From an uncultured bacterium (lineage in GTDB: Bacteria > Patescibacteriota > Minisyncoccia > Phycocordibacterales > UBA9973), in contig CALAYS010000157.1 of NCBI GenBank assembly GCA_937895515.1, positions 12,462-76,461 of the forward strand: 64,000 nucleotides of DNA. The letters are read 5' to 3'. The position numbers were made by a program, and so were the translations under genes. The notes beneath the pieces are model-generated. The model saw only the letters and a program-made list of their open reading frames with translations, was not told the origin of the DNA and did not search any database. Of the stretch, positions 48,625-57,000 are shown one piece after another; the first letter of the stretch is position 1; each line of letters opens with the position of its first letter.

Positions 48625-48987
48625 TCAATTTAAATAGATAAATTTTGTCTCGGGTATAGATGGGATGTAATATTGCATCATCGGTGCTTCTTCTTTCTTA
48701 AAGAAAGACGTATCACAACCTTTTTCTATTTCAGAAATCAACTCTTTTATTGATTTTAAGGTTTCCTTAATAAGAAAATTTTCCTTAGTAGGATTAGTAG
48801 GAGCTGATTCTATTTTTTTTAAATTACCCTCAAAAAATTGATAGTTTTTCTTTATGTTAATAAAATCGCTATGGTTTTTAACACGAAAGCCATAGAGTCT
48901 TACATTTGATACCATGCCAAGTAAATTACTTTCCATGATATCCAGTTTTCTTAATACTGATTCTGGTTTTTTAAAAAAATTTGCCAT
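48625..48987 (-). CDS. hypothetical protein (120 aa)
   Basis: ORF only. It has the only TGA stop I saw in the window. Confidence 0.4.
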   Translation of the reverse strand: MANFFKKPESVLRKLDIMESNLLGMVSNVRLYGFRVKNHSDFINIKKNYQFFEGNLKKIESAPTNPTKENFLIKETLKSIKELISEIEKGCDTSFFKKEEAPMMQYYIPSIPETKFIYLN

Positions 48988-49150
48988 GTTTTTTGATGGG
49001 TTTTTTAAAATTGTGATATTTGTTTAACTTGTATTTAATTGTATCATAAGAACAAAAATAAATCAAGGTTATACAACAAAAGTGGTATATCTGTCAAAAT
49101 GGAGGGGATTTAAGCTATTTAAAGCAAGATTTTATCAAAATAGTATTATA

Positions 49151-49159
49151 TGCTACAAT
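49151..49159 (+). promoter_or_regulatory. extended -10 TGcTACAAT, 6 nt before ATG 49166
   Basis: Motif and spacing; supports the shorter ABC transporter start. Confidence 0.6.
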
Positions 49160-49165
49160 CTTTTA

Positions 49166-50944
49166 ATGAATAAAAAAGGGTTAAAAGATGTTCTTAGAAA
49201 CTATTGGAGAGTGGCGAAAAACCATAAATTTATAATTATTGCTAATTGGTTTTTTTTAATTGCAGCTTCAGTAACTGAAATATTTTCACCGGTATACATT
49301 AAAAAATTTTTTGATATCCTGGCTTTACCTATTCCACGTAATGAGATATACCAAAAAGCTTACGGAGTTTTATTCATTATAATTGCCTTAGTAACATTAA
49401 GGTTTTTGATCCGTAGAAGTTCATCTTTTTTCCATAGACGTATTTTTAATAAAATAGAATGGGGTCTTTATTATGACGCGTATATAAGAACATTAGAACA
49501 TTCTCATTCATTTTTTATTTCGCAACCAGCTGGATCCATTGCACATAAAATTGATAAATACCGTGCAAGTTTTGTTACTTTGTGGGAAAAATTTTCAATT
49601 GATATATTAACAAATATTGTACGTGCTATTGGTTTTACAACAGTACTTTTTATGTTTAACAAAACAATTGGATGGATTATGCTTGTTTGGTTAGTAGTCT
49701 TTATTTTGTCTAATTTTTGGTACAGTAAAATAATAAAAAGAAACCTGAACGAAATATCCATTCTTAAATCAGGCGTTAGTGGGAATGTTGTTGATGGATT
49801 ATCAAACCATATGACAATTCAACTCTTTAATGGATATGAATTTGAAAAAAATAATATCTGGGAAAGAGTTTCAAATTTAATCAAACTTTATAGAAAAAGA
49901 AGCAATAACGATGATTTGTTTTTTGGGTTCCAGGCAGCATTTACAACTATTTCAGAAATAGCAATGTTTATTATAGGTTTGTATTATTTTAAACTAGGAT
50001 TAGTTACTGTGGGGTTCTTCTATTTATCATATACTTATATTAAAAAATTAGCTGATGATATGTGGACTATTAGCCGAATTTTTAGGCAAATGTCCGAAGC
50101 ATATATTGATGCAATAGATATGATTCAAATAATGGAAAAACCATATGAAGTTACTGACTCTACATCAATAGTTCCACTTAAATCCACAAAAGGAGAAATC
50201 GATTTTGAGAATGTTGGATATATTTATTCTAATAATAATACTAAAGTACTTGATGATTTTAACTTAAAGATAAATCCTGGTCAAAAAGTTGGTTTAGTTG
50301 GATCCTCGGGTGCAGGTAAAAGTACTTTTGTAAAATTACTTTTTAGACTATTTGATGTAAAACAAGGATCAATTAAAATTGATAATGTGAATATCAAAGA
50401 TATATCTCAAAAAGATTTACACCGAGTAATCGGTTTTGTACCACAAGATTCTATGTTATTTCATAGAACAATCAAAGAAAATATCACATACGGTAACCCC
50501 AATGCTACAGAGCAAGAAATCTTAAATGCCTCGATCAAAGCTCATTGTCATGAATTCATCTCAAAGCTTCCAAATGGTTATGACACATTAGTTGGTGAAC
50601 GTGGAGTAAAACTTTCCGGAGGAGAACGTCAACGCATTGCAATAGCTCGAGCAATATTAAAAAGTGCCCCAATACTAGTATTAGATGAAGCTACTTCGGC
50701 TTTAGATTCTGAAACAGAAGTCTATATTCAAGAGTCTTTAGACGAATTAATGTCTAATAAAACAGTCATTGCTATAGCACACAGATTGTCGACTATTAAA
50801 AAAATGGATAGAATTTTAGTACTTGAAAATGGAAAAATCTTAGAAGACGGTAGCCACGAAGAACTTTTAAAAGACCCAAATAGTACTTATAAAAAACTTT
50901 GGGACCTACAAGCCGGGGGATTTATTCAAGAAAATGAAGACTAA
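49166..50944 (+). CDS. ABC transporter permease/ATP-binding protein (MsbA-like exporter)
   Basis: Start moved from GTG 49082 to ATG 49166, 6 nt after TGcTACAAT. GSSGAGKST, LSGGERQRIAIARA, LVLDEATSALD. Confidence 0.92.
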   Translation: MNKKGLKDVLRNYWRVAKNHKFIIIANWFFLIAASVTEIFSPVYIKKFFDILALPIPRNEIYQKAYGVLFIIIALVTLRFLIRRSSSFFHRRIFNKIEWGLYYDAYIRTLEHSHSFFISQPAGSIAHKIDKYRASFVTLWEKFSIDILTNIVRAIGFTTVLFMFNKTIGWIMLVWLVVFILSNFWYSKIIKRNLNEISILKSGVSGNVVDGLSNHMTIQLFNGYEFEKNNIWERVSNLIKLYRKRSNNDDLFFGFQAAFTTISEIAMFIIGLYYFKLGLVTVGFFYLSYTYIKKLADDMWTISRIFRQMSEAYIDAIDMIQIMEKPYEVTDSTSIVPLKSTKGEIDFENVGYIYSNNNTKVLDDFNLKINPGQKVGLVGSSGAGKSTFVKLLFRLFDVKQGSIKIDNVNIKDISQKDLHRVIGFVPQDSMLFHRTIKENITYGNPNATEQEILNASIKAHCHEFISKLPNGYDTLVGERGVKLSGGERQRIAIARAILKSAPILVLDEATSALDSETEVYIQESLDELMSNKTVIAIAHRLSTIKKMDRILVLENGKILEDGSHEELLKDPNSTYKKLWDLQAGGFIQENED

Positions 50945-50972
50945 AATAGAAAAAGTTGTTTAATGATTAATA

Positions 50973-50981
50973 TGCTATACT
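50973..50981 (+). promoter_or_regulatory. extended -10 TGcTATACT, 7 nt before the gltX ATG 50989
   Basis: Motif and spacing. Confidence 0.6.
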
Positions 50982-50988
50982 GATAAAT

Positions 50989-52431
50989 ATGGAAACGAAA
51001 AAAATTATAACAAGGTTTGCGCCAAGTCCAACAGGGTTTATGCACGTTGGGGGTGTTCGAACTGCTCTATTTTCATACCTTTGGGCTAAAAGAAACAATG
51101 GGACTTTTATATTGCGTATTGAAGACACCGACAAAGCTCGTGAAGTTGAAGGATCTATCGACCACATCATGGAGTCTTTAAAATGGCTAGGTATTGATTG
51201 GGACCAAGGCCCCGACAACGGTGGTCCGTATGCTCCTTATAAACAATCTGACCGATTAGATATTTATAATAAATACGCTCAAATACTTATTGATAAAGGC
51301 TACGCTTATGTTGACCCTCATACTGAAGAAGAAATAGAATCATTGCGTCAAGAAGCCGACAAAAACAAAGTTCCATTTTTGTATCGTGAACACAGGTCAC
51401 TTGAAACTAACATTCCTTGGACAGGACTTGGACAAACACTGCGTTTTCGGGTTAAAGATATCAAGCGCTACGAATGGGATGATGTTGTTTATGGTAAACT
51501 TTCTGCTGGAACCGAAGCACTAGACGACTTTGTATTAATCAAAGCCGATGGATACCCAACATATAATTTTGCACATGTTATTGATGATATTGAAATGGGT
51601 GTAACTCATGTTATGCGTGGGCAAGAATTTGTTTCTTCAACTCCTAAATATTTGTCTTTATATGATGCATTAGGCGCAACACCACCTATTTTTGTATCAC
51701 TGCCACACATTATGGCTGACTGTGGTAAGAAAAAGCTTGGTAAGCGTGACGGAGCTAAAGATATATTAGACTATCGCGAAGAAGGTTATTTACCTGAAGC
51801 ATTATTTAACTTTTTAGCATTTTTGGGTTGGAACCCAGGTGGTGAAGTTGAAATCATGGAACATGATGAATTAATTAATGTTTTTGATATTACACGCCTA
51901 CAAAAAGGTGGTGCACAATTTGATGATGTTAAATTAAACTGGTATAACCGTGAACATATTAAAAAACTACCAAATGATGAATTTATAAAACGAATGGATA
52001 GCTTTTTACCAGACCATGTTAAAAACAATCCTGAAATTCTAAATAAAATACTTTATATTACTCGTGACCATATTGATAAACTGAGCGATGTAAAAGATTT
52101 ATTTACAGCTGGTGGGGAATTAGACTTTTTCTTTAAAAAACCTGTTTACGAAAAATCTTTACTTATTTCCCCTAAAACTAAATTAGGTAACATTGCAGGG
52201 GAGAAGGTAGAAGAATTTTTAGAAGGGGTAAAAAATATATTAATGAATATTGATGAATCTAACTGGGATATGGAATTTATCAAAGGTAAAATCATGGATT
52301 ATGCTGACAAGAATGGCCGCGGTGATGTACTATGGGCTATGCGTGTGGCTTTAACCGGACTAGCTAAATCTCCTGATCCATTTACTAGTGCATTTGTGCT
52401 GGGTAAAAATGAAACACTAAACCGTCTTTAA
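50989..52431 (+). CDS. gltX: glutamate--tRNA ligase
   Basis: RFAPSPTGFMHVGGVRTAL (HIGH) and KLGKRDG (KMSKS-like). Confidence 0.95.
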   Translation: METKKIITRFAPSPTGFMHVGGVRTALFSYLWAKRNNGTFILRIEDTDKAREVEGSIDHIMESLKWLGIDWDQGPDNGGPYAPYKQSDRLDIYNKYAQILIDKGYAYVDPHTEEEIESLRQEADKNKVPFLYREHRSLETNIPWTGLGQTLRFRVKDIKRYEWDDVVYGKLSAGTEALDDFVLIKADGYPTYNFAHVIDDIEMGVTHVMRGQEFVSSTPKYLSLYDALGATPPIFVSLPHIMADCGKKKLGKRDGAKDILDYREEGYLPEALFNFLAFLGWNPGGEVEIMEHDELINVFDITRLQKGGAQFDDVKLNWYNREHIKKLPNDEFIKRMDSFLPDHVKNNPEILNKILYITRDHIDKLSDVKDLFTAGGELDFFFKKPVYEKSLLISPKTKLGNIAGEKVEEFLEGVKNILMNIDESNWDMEFIKGKIMDYADKNGRGDVLWAMRVALTGLAKSPDPFTSAFVLGKNETLNRL

Positions 52432-52453
52432 AAGATATTCAAAAAATAAAAAG

Positions 52454-52486
52454 AGCCACCCTAATTTAGGATGGCTTTACTTTTTT
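52454..52486 (+). terminator. gltX terminator
   Basis: AGCCACCCTAA-ttt-AGGATGGCT (one mismatch) followed by a T-rich run. Confidence 0.7.
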
Positions 52487-52509
52487 GGGTTTTATTAAAA
52501 AATGTATTT

Positions 52510-52761
52510 TTATGTCATTTTCAACAAACCGTTACTTGTTTCATCTTTTGAAATAAAAAAAAGTTCTTCGTGCGATTCTTTGTTCAGATTTAAATGACTG
52601 TTTTTAAACCTAAAATGGTAGTTTGCAACATCACCTTTAGAAGGTGTAAAACTTCCTGAATTAATTGCAGAGGCAAATTCATTTGCTCTTTGTTTTAACT
52701 CTGCCCAATTTTGGGCAGAAGTCAGCTCCTTTAAAAAGGTCGCAAAGTTATTTTTGTTCAT
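52510..52761 (-). CDS. hypothetical protein (83 aa)
   Basis: ORF only. Confidence 0.35.
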   Translation of the reverse strand: MNKNNFATFLKELTSAQNWAELKQRANEFASAINSGSFTPSKGDVANYHFRFKNSHLNLNKESHEELFFISKDETSNGLLKMT

Positions 52762-52831
52762 ATGTTAAGTCTATTAAATATAATATAACAGCTAAATTAA
52801 TATATGTCAAATAATTAATATCTTATAAATA

Positions 52832-52840
52832 TGCTAAAAT
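52832..52840 (+). promoter_or_regulatory. extended -10 TGcTAAAAT, 9 nt before the asnB ATG 52850
   Basis: Motif and spacing. Confidence 0.55.
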
Positions 52841-52849
52841 AAACTACAT

Positions 52850-54682
52850 ATGTGTGGAATAGTTGGTTATATAGGTAAGGGTACAGATCAAAATACAGCA
52901 ACAGTTGGCCGTATGAATGATGCCATATTTCATCGTGGTCCAGATGGTGCTGGGCTTTATGCCGATGATTTTGTTGGCCTGGCTATGCGCCGGCTAGCAA
53001 TAATTGATATTTCTGGTGGTGATCAGCCAATATGGAATCATGATAAAACTAAATGCATTTTCTTTAATGGCGAGGTCTATAATTATCTCGAGCTTCGAAA
53101 AGAATTTCTAAGTGACTATCAATTTAAAACCCATTCTGACACAGAAACAGTTTTAGCAATGTACGAAGTTTTTGGATCAAGTACACCCAAATATTTGCGT
53201 GGAATGTTTGCTTTTTGTATATACGATACAACAAAAAATAAATTATTTATTGCGCGAGATCATTTTGGTATCAAACCATTTTATTATTATACACAAGATA
53301 ATAAAATATTTTCTTTTGGTTCTGAAATTAAATCCATCTTAGAAGATACTCGTTATGAAAAACAAATTAATTCCGATGCAATCTACCATTATTTACAGTA
53401 TCAATATAACCCATTAACTGAAACATTTTTTAAAAATATTTTTACTTTAACCCCAGGAAACGCAATGAGCGTTAATTTAAATGATAATTCATTTACTATT
53501 AATAAATATTTTGAATTTGAATTTAAAAATGATGAGAATTTAAAAATTAATAATGTTAAAAATGAAATAAAAACATTATTGCAAGATTCTGTAGCCCATC
53601 ATGCAATTGCTGATGTCCAAGTCGGGTCATTTCTATCTGGCGGGGTAGACAGTAGTATAAATGCAACCCTATTAACAAACCATTTAAATAAACCAATTCA
53701 TACTTTTACAATTGGTGGCGATCAAGTAAATGAATTTGAATTTGCAAACGAAACAGTAAATAAAATAAAAAGTATCCATCACCAGCAAGTTGTTAGCAAG
53801 GATGATTACATAAATTCTCTTGCCAAAGCCGTATATCATTTTGATGAACCAGTAGCAGACCCATCAGCAATACTGCTATACCTAATGGCAAGGGAAGCCC
53901 GTAAACATGTAACGGTAGTCCTATCTGGCGAAGGTGCTGATGAGTTCTTTGGTGGATACACTATCTATCATGAATACTACGACCGAATCAAATTAAACAT
54001 AATCCCAAAATTTATACGGGAAAATATTTTGCGACGCTGGGCATTTAATGACAAAAACTTCTTTGGTAAAAATTATTTACAACGATACTTTACTCCACTA
54101 AAAAATCGTTACATTGGTAATGCAACTTTGTATACAAAAAATGAAATGAATAAATTTTGGGTTGGACCAAAAGTTCAAAATTATTTTGATATTGAAAGTA
54201 TTTATAATAAAATCCAAAATTATTCCGAGCCAACTCAAATGCAATACATTGATATTCATACTTGGCTTCGTGGCGACATTTTAGCCAAGGCTGATAAAAT
54301 GACTATGGCACATTCGTTAGAACTTCGGGTTCCATTTCTTGATATAAGGGTATCTACCTATGCCTCTAAATTGCCCGACAAGCTCAAGTTTGCCCATGGT
54401 ACGACTAAATATGCGCTTAGAGAGGCATTTGCCGGCCTTGTACCAAACAAGGTGAACAAAGCACGTAAATTAGGGTTTCCAACAGCACTGCGTAATTGGA
54501 TGAAGGAAGATATGGATAGCTTTAGTCAATTATTGATTGATAATAAATTTATAGAGCAATATTTACCAAAATCAGAAATTGAGAAATTAATCAATGATCA
54601 TAAGAATGGAATAGCTGATAGATCAAGGAAACTATTTGCAATATACATGCTAGCATTGTGGCACCAGACATTCTTTAGTTAA
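52850..54682 (+). CDS. asnB: asparagine synthase (glutamine-hydrolysing)
   Basis: MCGIVGY Ntn Cys; SGGVDSS PP-loop. Confidence 0.93.
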   Translation: MCGIVGYIGKGTDQNTATVGRMNDAIFHRGPDGAGLYADDFVGLAMRRLAIIDISGGDQPIWNHDKTKCIFFNGEVYNYLELRKEFLSDYQFKTHSDTETVLAMYEVFGSSTPKYLRGMFAFCIYDTTKNKLFIARDHFGIKPFYYYTQDNKIFSFGSEIKSILEDTRYEKQINSDAIYHYLQYQYNPLTETFFKNIFTLTPGNAMSVNLNDNSFTINKYFEFEFKNDENLKINNVKNEIKTLLQDSVAHHAIADVQVGSFLSGGVDSSINATLLTNHLNKPIHTFTIGGDQVNEFEFANETVNKIKSIHHQQVVSKDDYINSLAKAVYHFDEPVADPSAILLYLMAREARKHVTVVLSGEGADEFFGGYTIYHEYYDRIKLNIIPKFIRENILRRWAFNDKNFFGKNYLQRYFTPLKNRYIGNATLYTKNEMNKFWVGPKVQNYFDIESIYNKIQNYSEPTQMQYIDIHTWLRGDILAKADKMTMAHSLELRVPFLDIRVSTYASKLPDKLKFAHGTTKYALREAFAGLVPNKVNKARKLGFPTALRNWMKEDMDSFSQLLIDNKFIEQYLPKSEIEKLINDHKNGIADRSRKLFAIYMLALWHQTFFS

Positions 54683-54770
54683 AGAATTAAAAGCTTTATT
54701 ATATATAGTATTAATATATATGTCGCAAAATCTATGTTGTGCGACACTAAGATATTTCTTTAACTAAAGC

Positions 54771-55259
54771 TTAATCCAGCCCCGCGCATGCAGTAGATGG
54801 TTTGTATCCCGCTACCCTAGCGTCTTGTGCAGAATTAAAATAAACTCTTTTTTCAGCTGAGATATTTTTACCACCAGTGCACCATGTAAAGTAATAGACT
54901 CGGCCATTTTTACTGGCAACATAGCGGGAAGTTGGTAAATATGGGGTATTTAAACCAGGGTCTCCTACTTCCCTATTTTGAGCTATATTTAGGCCTGTAG
55001 AGCCATTTTGAGCCTTTGAGGATGCATTATAAACCGCTGCAGATAAGCTACCACTGGGATATATTTCAGGGTCTGAAAGACTATAATCGCCATTATAACT
55101 AGATTCAATATTTTGTTCATTTATTGGGTTATTTAATGATTTACCCAAGCCAAAGCTAATAAGGTTAGAGATAATAAGAATAATCACAATTACAATAGTT
55201 TGACCAACAGGACTTTGTACCCAAGCCTTGATTTTATGGTTTATTTCTGTTATATTCAT
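54771..55259 (-). CDS. membrane-anchored protein with a C-terminal Cys-containing Ada-Zn-like ('sunset'-type) domain
   Basis: Start trimmed to ATG 55259 to avoid overlapping rpmA. TM IVIVIILIISNLISFGL. C-terminal YVASKNGRVYYFTWC...VYFNSAQDARVAGYKPSTAC. Confidence 0.55.
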   Translation of the reverse strand: MNITEINHKIKAWVQSPVGQTIVIVIILIISNLISFGLGKSLNNPINEQNIESSYNGDYSLSDPEIYPSGSLSAAVYNASSKAQNGSTGLNIAQNREVGDPGLNTPYLPTSRYVASKNGRVYYFTWCTGGKNISAEKRVYFNSAQDARVAGYKPSTACAGLD

Positions 55260-55348
55260 TATGTTACCTATTATACAATATAAAAGTAAAAAGTATCTAC
55301 CTGTCACGTGGGTATAAATATCTTTTATAAGTAATTTAAATATCAAAT

Positions 55349-55636
55349 ATGGCACATAGGAAAGCCGGTGGTTCCGCGAAGAACCTCAAGGACTCACAGC
55401 CAAAATATCTAGGTACTAAAAAGTATGCTGGAGAAAAAGTTATAGCTGGAAATATTATTATCCGTCAACGCGGAACAAAAATTCTTGCTGGAAATAACGT
55501 TGGCATGGGACGCGATCATACATTGTTTGCTCTTAAAGATGGAACTGTAAAGTTTACAAACAAAAGAAAAAATAATTTTGATGGGTCTCAAACAGTCCGA
55601 AAACAAGTTCATGTAACACCACCAACATCTAAATAG
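55349..55636 (+). CDS. rpmA: 50S ribosomal protein L27
   Basis: [22 protein letters not shown]...IIIRQRGTK. Confidence 0.95.
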   Translation: MAHRKAGGSAKNLKDSQPKYLGTKKYAGEKVIAGNIIIRQRGTKILAGNNVGMGRDHTLFALKDGTVKFTNKRKNNFDGSQTVRKQVHVTPPTSK

Positions 55637-55646
55637 ATATTGTATA

Positions 55647-55676
55647 AAAACCTCTCATTTAATTGAGAGGTTTTTA
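55647..55676 (+). terminator. rpmA terminator
   Basis: AAAACCTCTCA-tttaat-TGAGAGGTTTT. Confidence 0.8.
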
Positions 55677-55687
55677 TGTTTGATTAA

Positions 55688-55707
55688 ATATATCATATAT
55701 GATATAT
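55688..55707. repeat. perfect 20-bp palindrome ATATATCATATATGATATAT (copy 2)
   Basis: Identical to 2572..2591. Upstream of the NUDIX gene. Confidence 0.9.
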
Positions 55708-55738
55708 TCATTTAAATTTAAATCATATCTTATCTAAC

Positions 55739-56248
55739 ATGAAAAATCTAACCAGACTACCTGACGGAGTTCAGGGTATAATTATGGTTGGAGAAAACAG
55801 CCATGATTTATTTCAACAAAAATTTTTACTCGTTCAGGATCGTAATGACCGAGGACGAGGTGATGGTATACTTATGTGTGGTCTTCCTGGCGGTGGTGTA
55901 AATGAAAATGAACATCATAGCATTGCTATAAACCGCGAGGTTTGTCTTGAAGAAGTTGGCATAGAACTTGAATTTGTATATTTTGGTTGTTATAAAAAAA
56001 TTAGGCCTAATGGGTTTAATTACAACCATTTATATATTGCTCAAATTTCCAACTTACCAAATGTTCTAAAAACAAAAGATCCATTAGAAGTTTCTGAGAT
56101 AAAAATAAAAACCTTATCCCAGATTATCGAAATGGCGGAACAAAAATTAATCCATGAAGGAAGTATAAGGCTTAAACTTAAATTCCTAAATAGGATTCGA
56201 ACCGGGTCGTTGAATAAACCAGTTTACTGGAATGGCTACACCTTTTAG
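55739..56248 (+). CDS. NUDIX hydrolase
   Basis: GLPGGGVNENEHHSIAINREVCLEEVGI fits the Nudix box. Confidence 0.8.
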   Translation: MKNLTRLPDGVQGIIMVGENSHDLFQQKFLLVQDRNDRGRGDGILMCGLPGGGVNENEHHSIAINREVCLEEVGIELEFVYFGCYKKIRPNGFNYNHLYIAQISNLPNVLKTKDPLEVSEIKIKTLSQIIEMAEQKLIHEGSIRLKLKFLNRIRTGSLNKPVYWNGYTF

Positions 56249-56292
56249 CCCTTGTAATTGCTTTATTTTAAAGTATATACAAGGGTTTTTTT
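56249..56292 (+). terminator. intrinsic terminator (long loop)
   Basis: CCCTTGTA-21 nt-TACAAGGG followed by TTTTTTT. Confidence 0.55.
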
Positions 56293-56295
56293 ATA

Positions 56296-56304
56296 TGATA
56301 TACT
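56296..56304 (+). promoter_or_regulatory. extended -10 TGaTATACT, 6 nt before ATG 56311
   Basis: Follows terminator 56249..56292. Confidence 0.55.
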
Positions 56305-56310
56305 CGCCCA

Positions 56311-57000
56311 ATGAAAGCTTTTATTCTGTGTGCTGGTAACGGCGAGCGATTAAAACCATTGACTGACAATACCCCAAAACCACTTATCTTAATAAAGGGT
56401 CGGCCTATTTTGTCTTATATATTCTCTTCCCTACCTGATGAAATTAACGAAGTTTTTATTGTTATAAAACAAAAGCATTTAGATTTATTTGAAAATTTTT
56501 TAAAGGAAAACCCAATAGATAAAAAAATTAAATTTTTATTTCAAGATGAAAAAACCAAAGGCACATACCATGCATTAATGGCAGGGTCCGAAGTTATTAA
56601 AAATGAAGATAAATTTTTAGTACTAAATGGTGATGATATTTTCCTAAAAGAAGATTTGGAAGAATTAATTAAAATAAATTCCCCGGCATATGGTCTTAGT
56701 TATAAAATCTTAAATGAAAGATACCGGACTTGTGATATAGACCAAGAAACAAAAACAATTACTAACTTTAGATTTATTAAAAAAGAAGAAAAAGAAAAAC
56801 CTGTAATTTGTTTTTCTGGAGCATATACACTAACATCAGATTTTTTAAATTATAAACCAGTTTATGTTGGTGATGAAGCCGGAATACCTCATACTCTATT
56901 TGGTGCAAACGTTAAAGTCTCTTATATAATTTTAAAGCATTGGCATCAAATAAATACACTTGATGAACTAACTAAAACCGAGCAAGAAATAAATTTTTAA
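56311..57000 (+). CDS. nucleotidyltransferase (NTP_transferase family)
   Basis: AFILCAGNGERLKPLTDNTPKPL; LNGDD. Confidence 0.75.
   Translation: MKAFILCAGNGERLKPLTDNTPKPLILIKGRPILSYIFSSLPDEINEVFIVIKQKHLDLFENFLKENPIDKKIKFLFQDEKTKGTYHALMAGSEVIKNEDKFLVLNGDDIFLKEDLEELIKINSPAYGLSYKILNERYRTCDIDQETKTITNFRFIKKEEKEKPVICFSGAYTLTSDFLNYKPVYVGDEAGIPHTLFGANVKVSYIILKHWHQINTLDELTKTEQEINF

Noticed and set aside
48625-48627. Near-absence of TGA stops as a sign of UGA recoding (as in Gracilibacteria/SR1).
   Set aside because: All conserved genes have the expected full lengths under the standard code, with no in-frame TGA. TGA terminates 48625..48987. The TAA bias is explained by AT-richness.
49082-49165. N-terminal extensions in the ORF track: 49082 (GTG), 22171, 61366, 55355, 30345, 29753, 9212, 27846, 15467.
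   Set aside because: The extensions overlap upstream genes, terminators or promoters and encode non-conserved peptides. Internal ATGs give canonical N-termini (for example MKILLTGGGSGGH for MurG and [11 protein letters not shown] for DnaJ), often at leaderless spacing from a -10 box.
54721-54746. Hairpin TGTCGCA-12 nt-TGCGACA after asnB, as a possible terminator.
   Set aside because: It has no T-run on either strand and only a 7-bp stem, so I did not call it.
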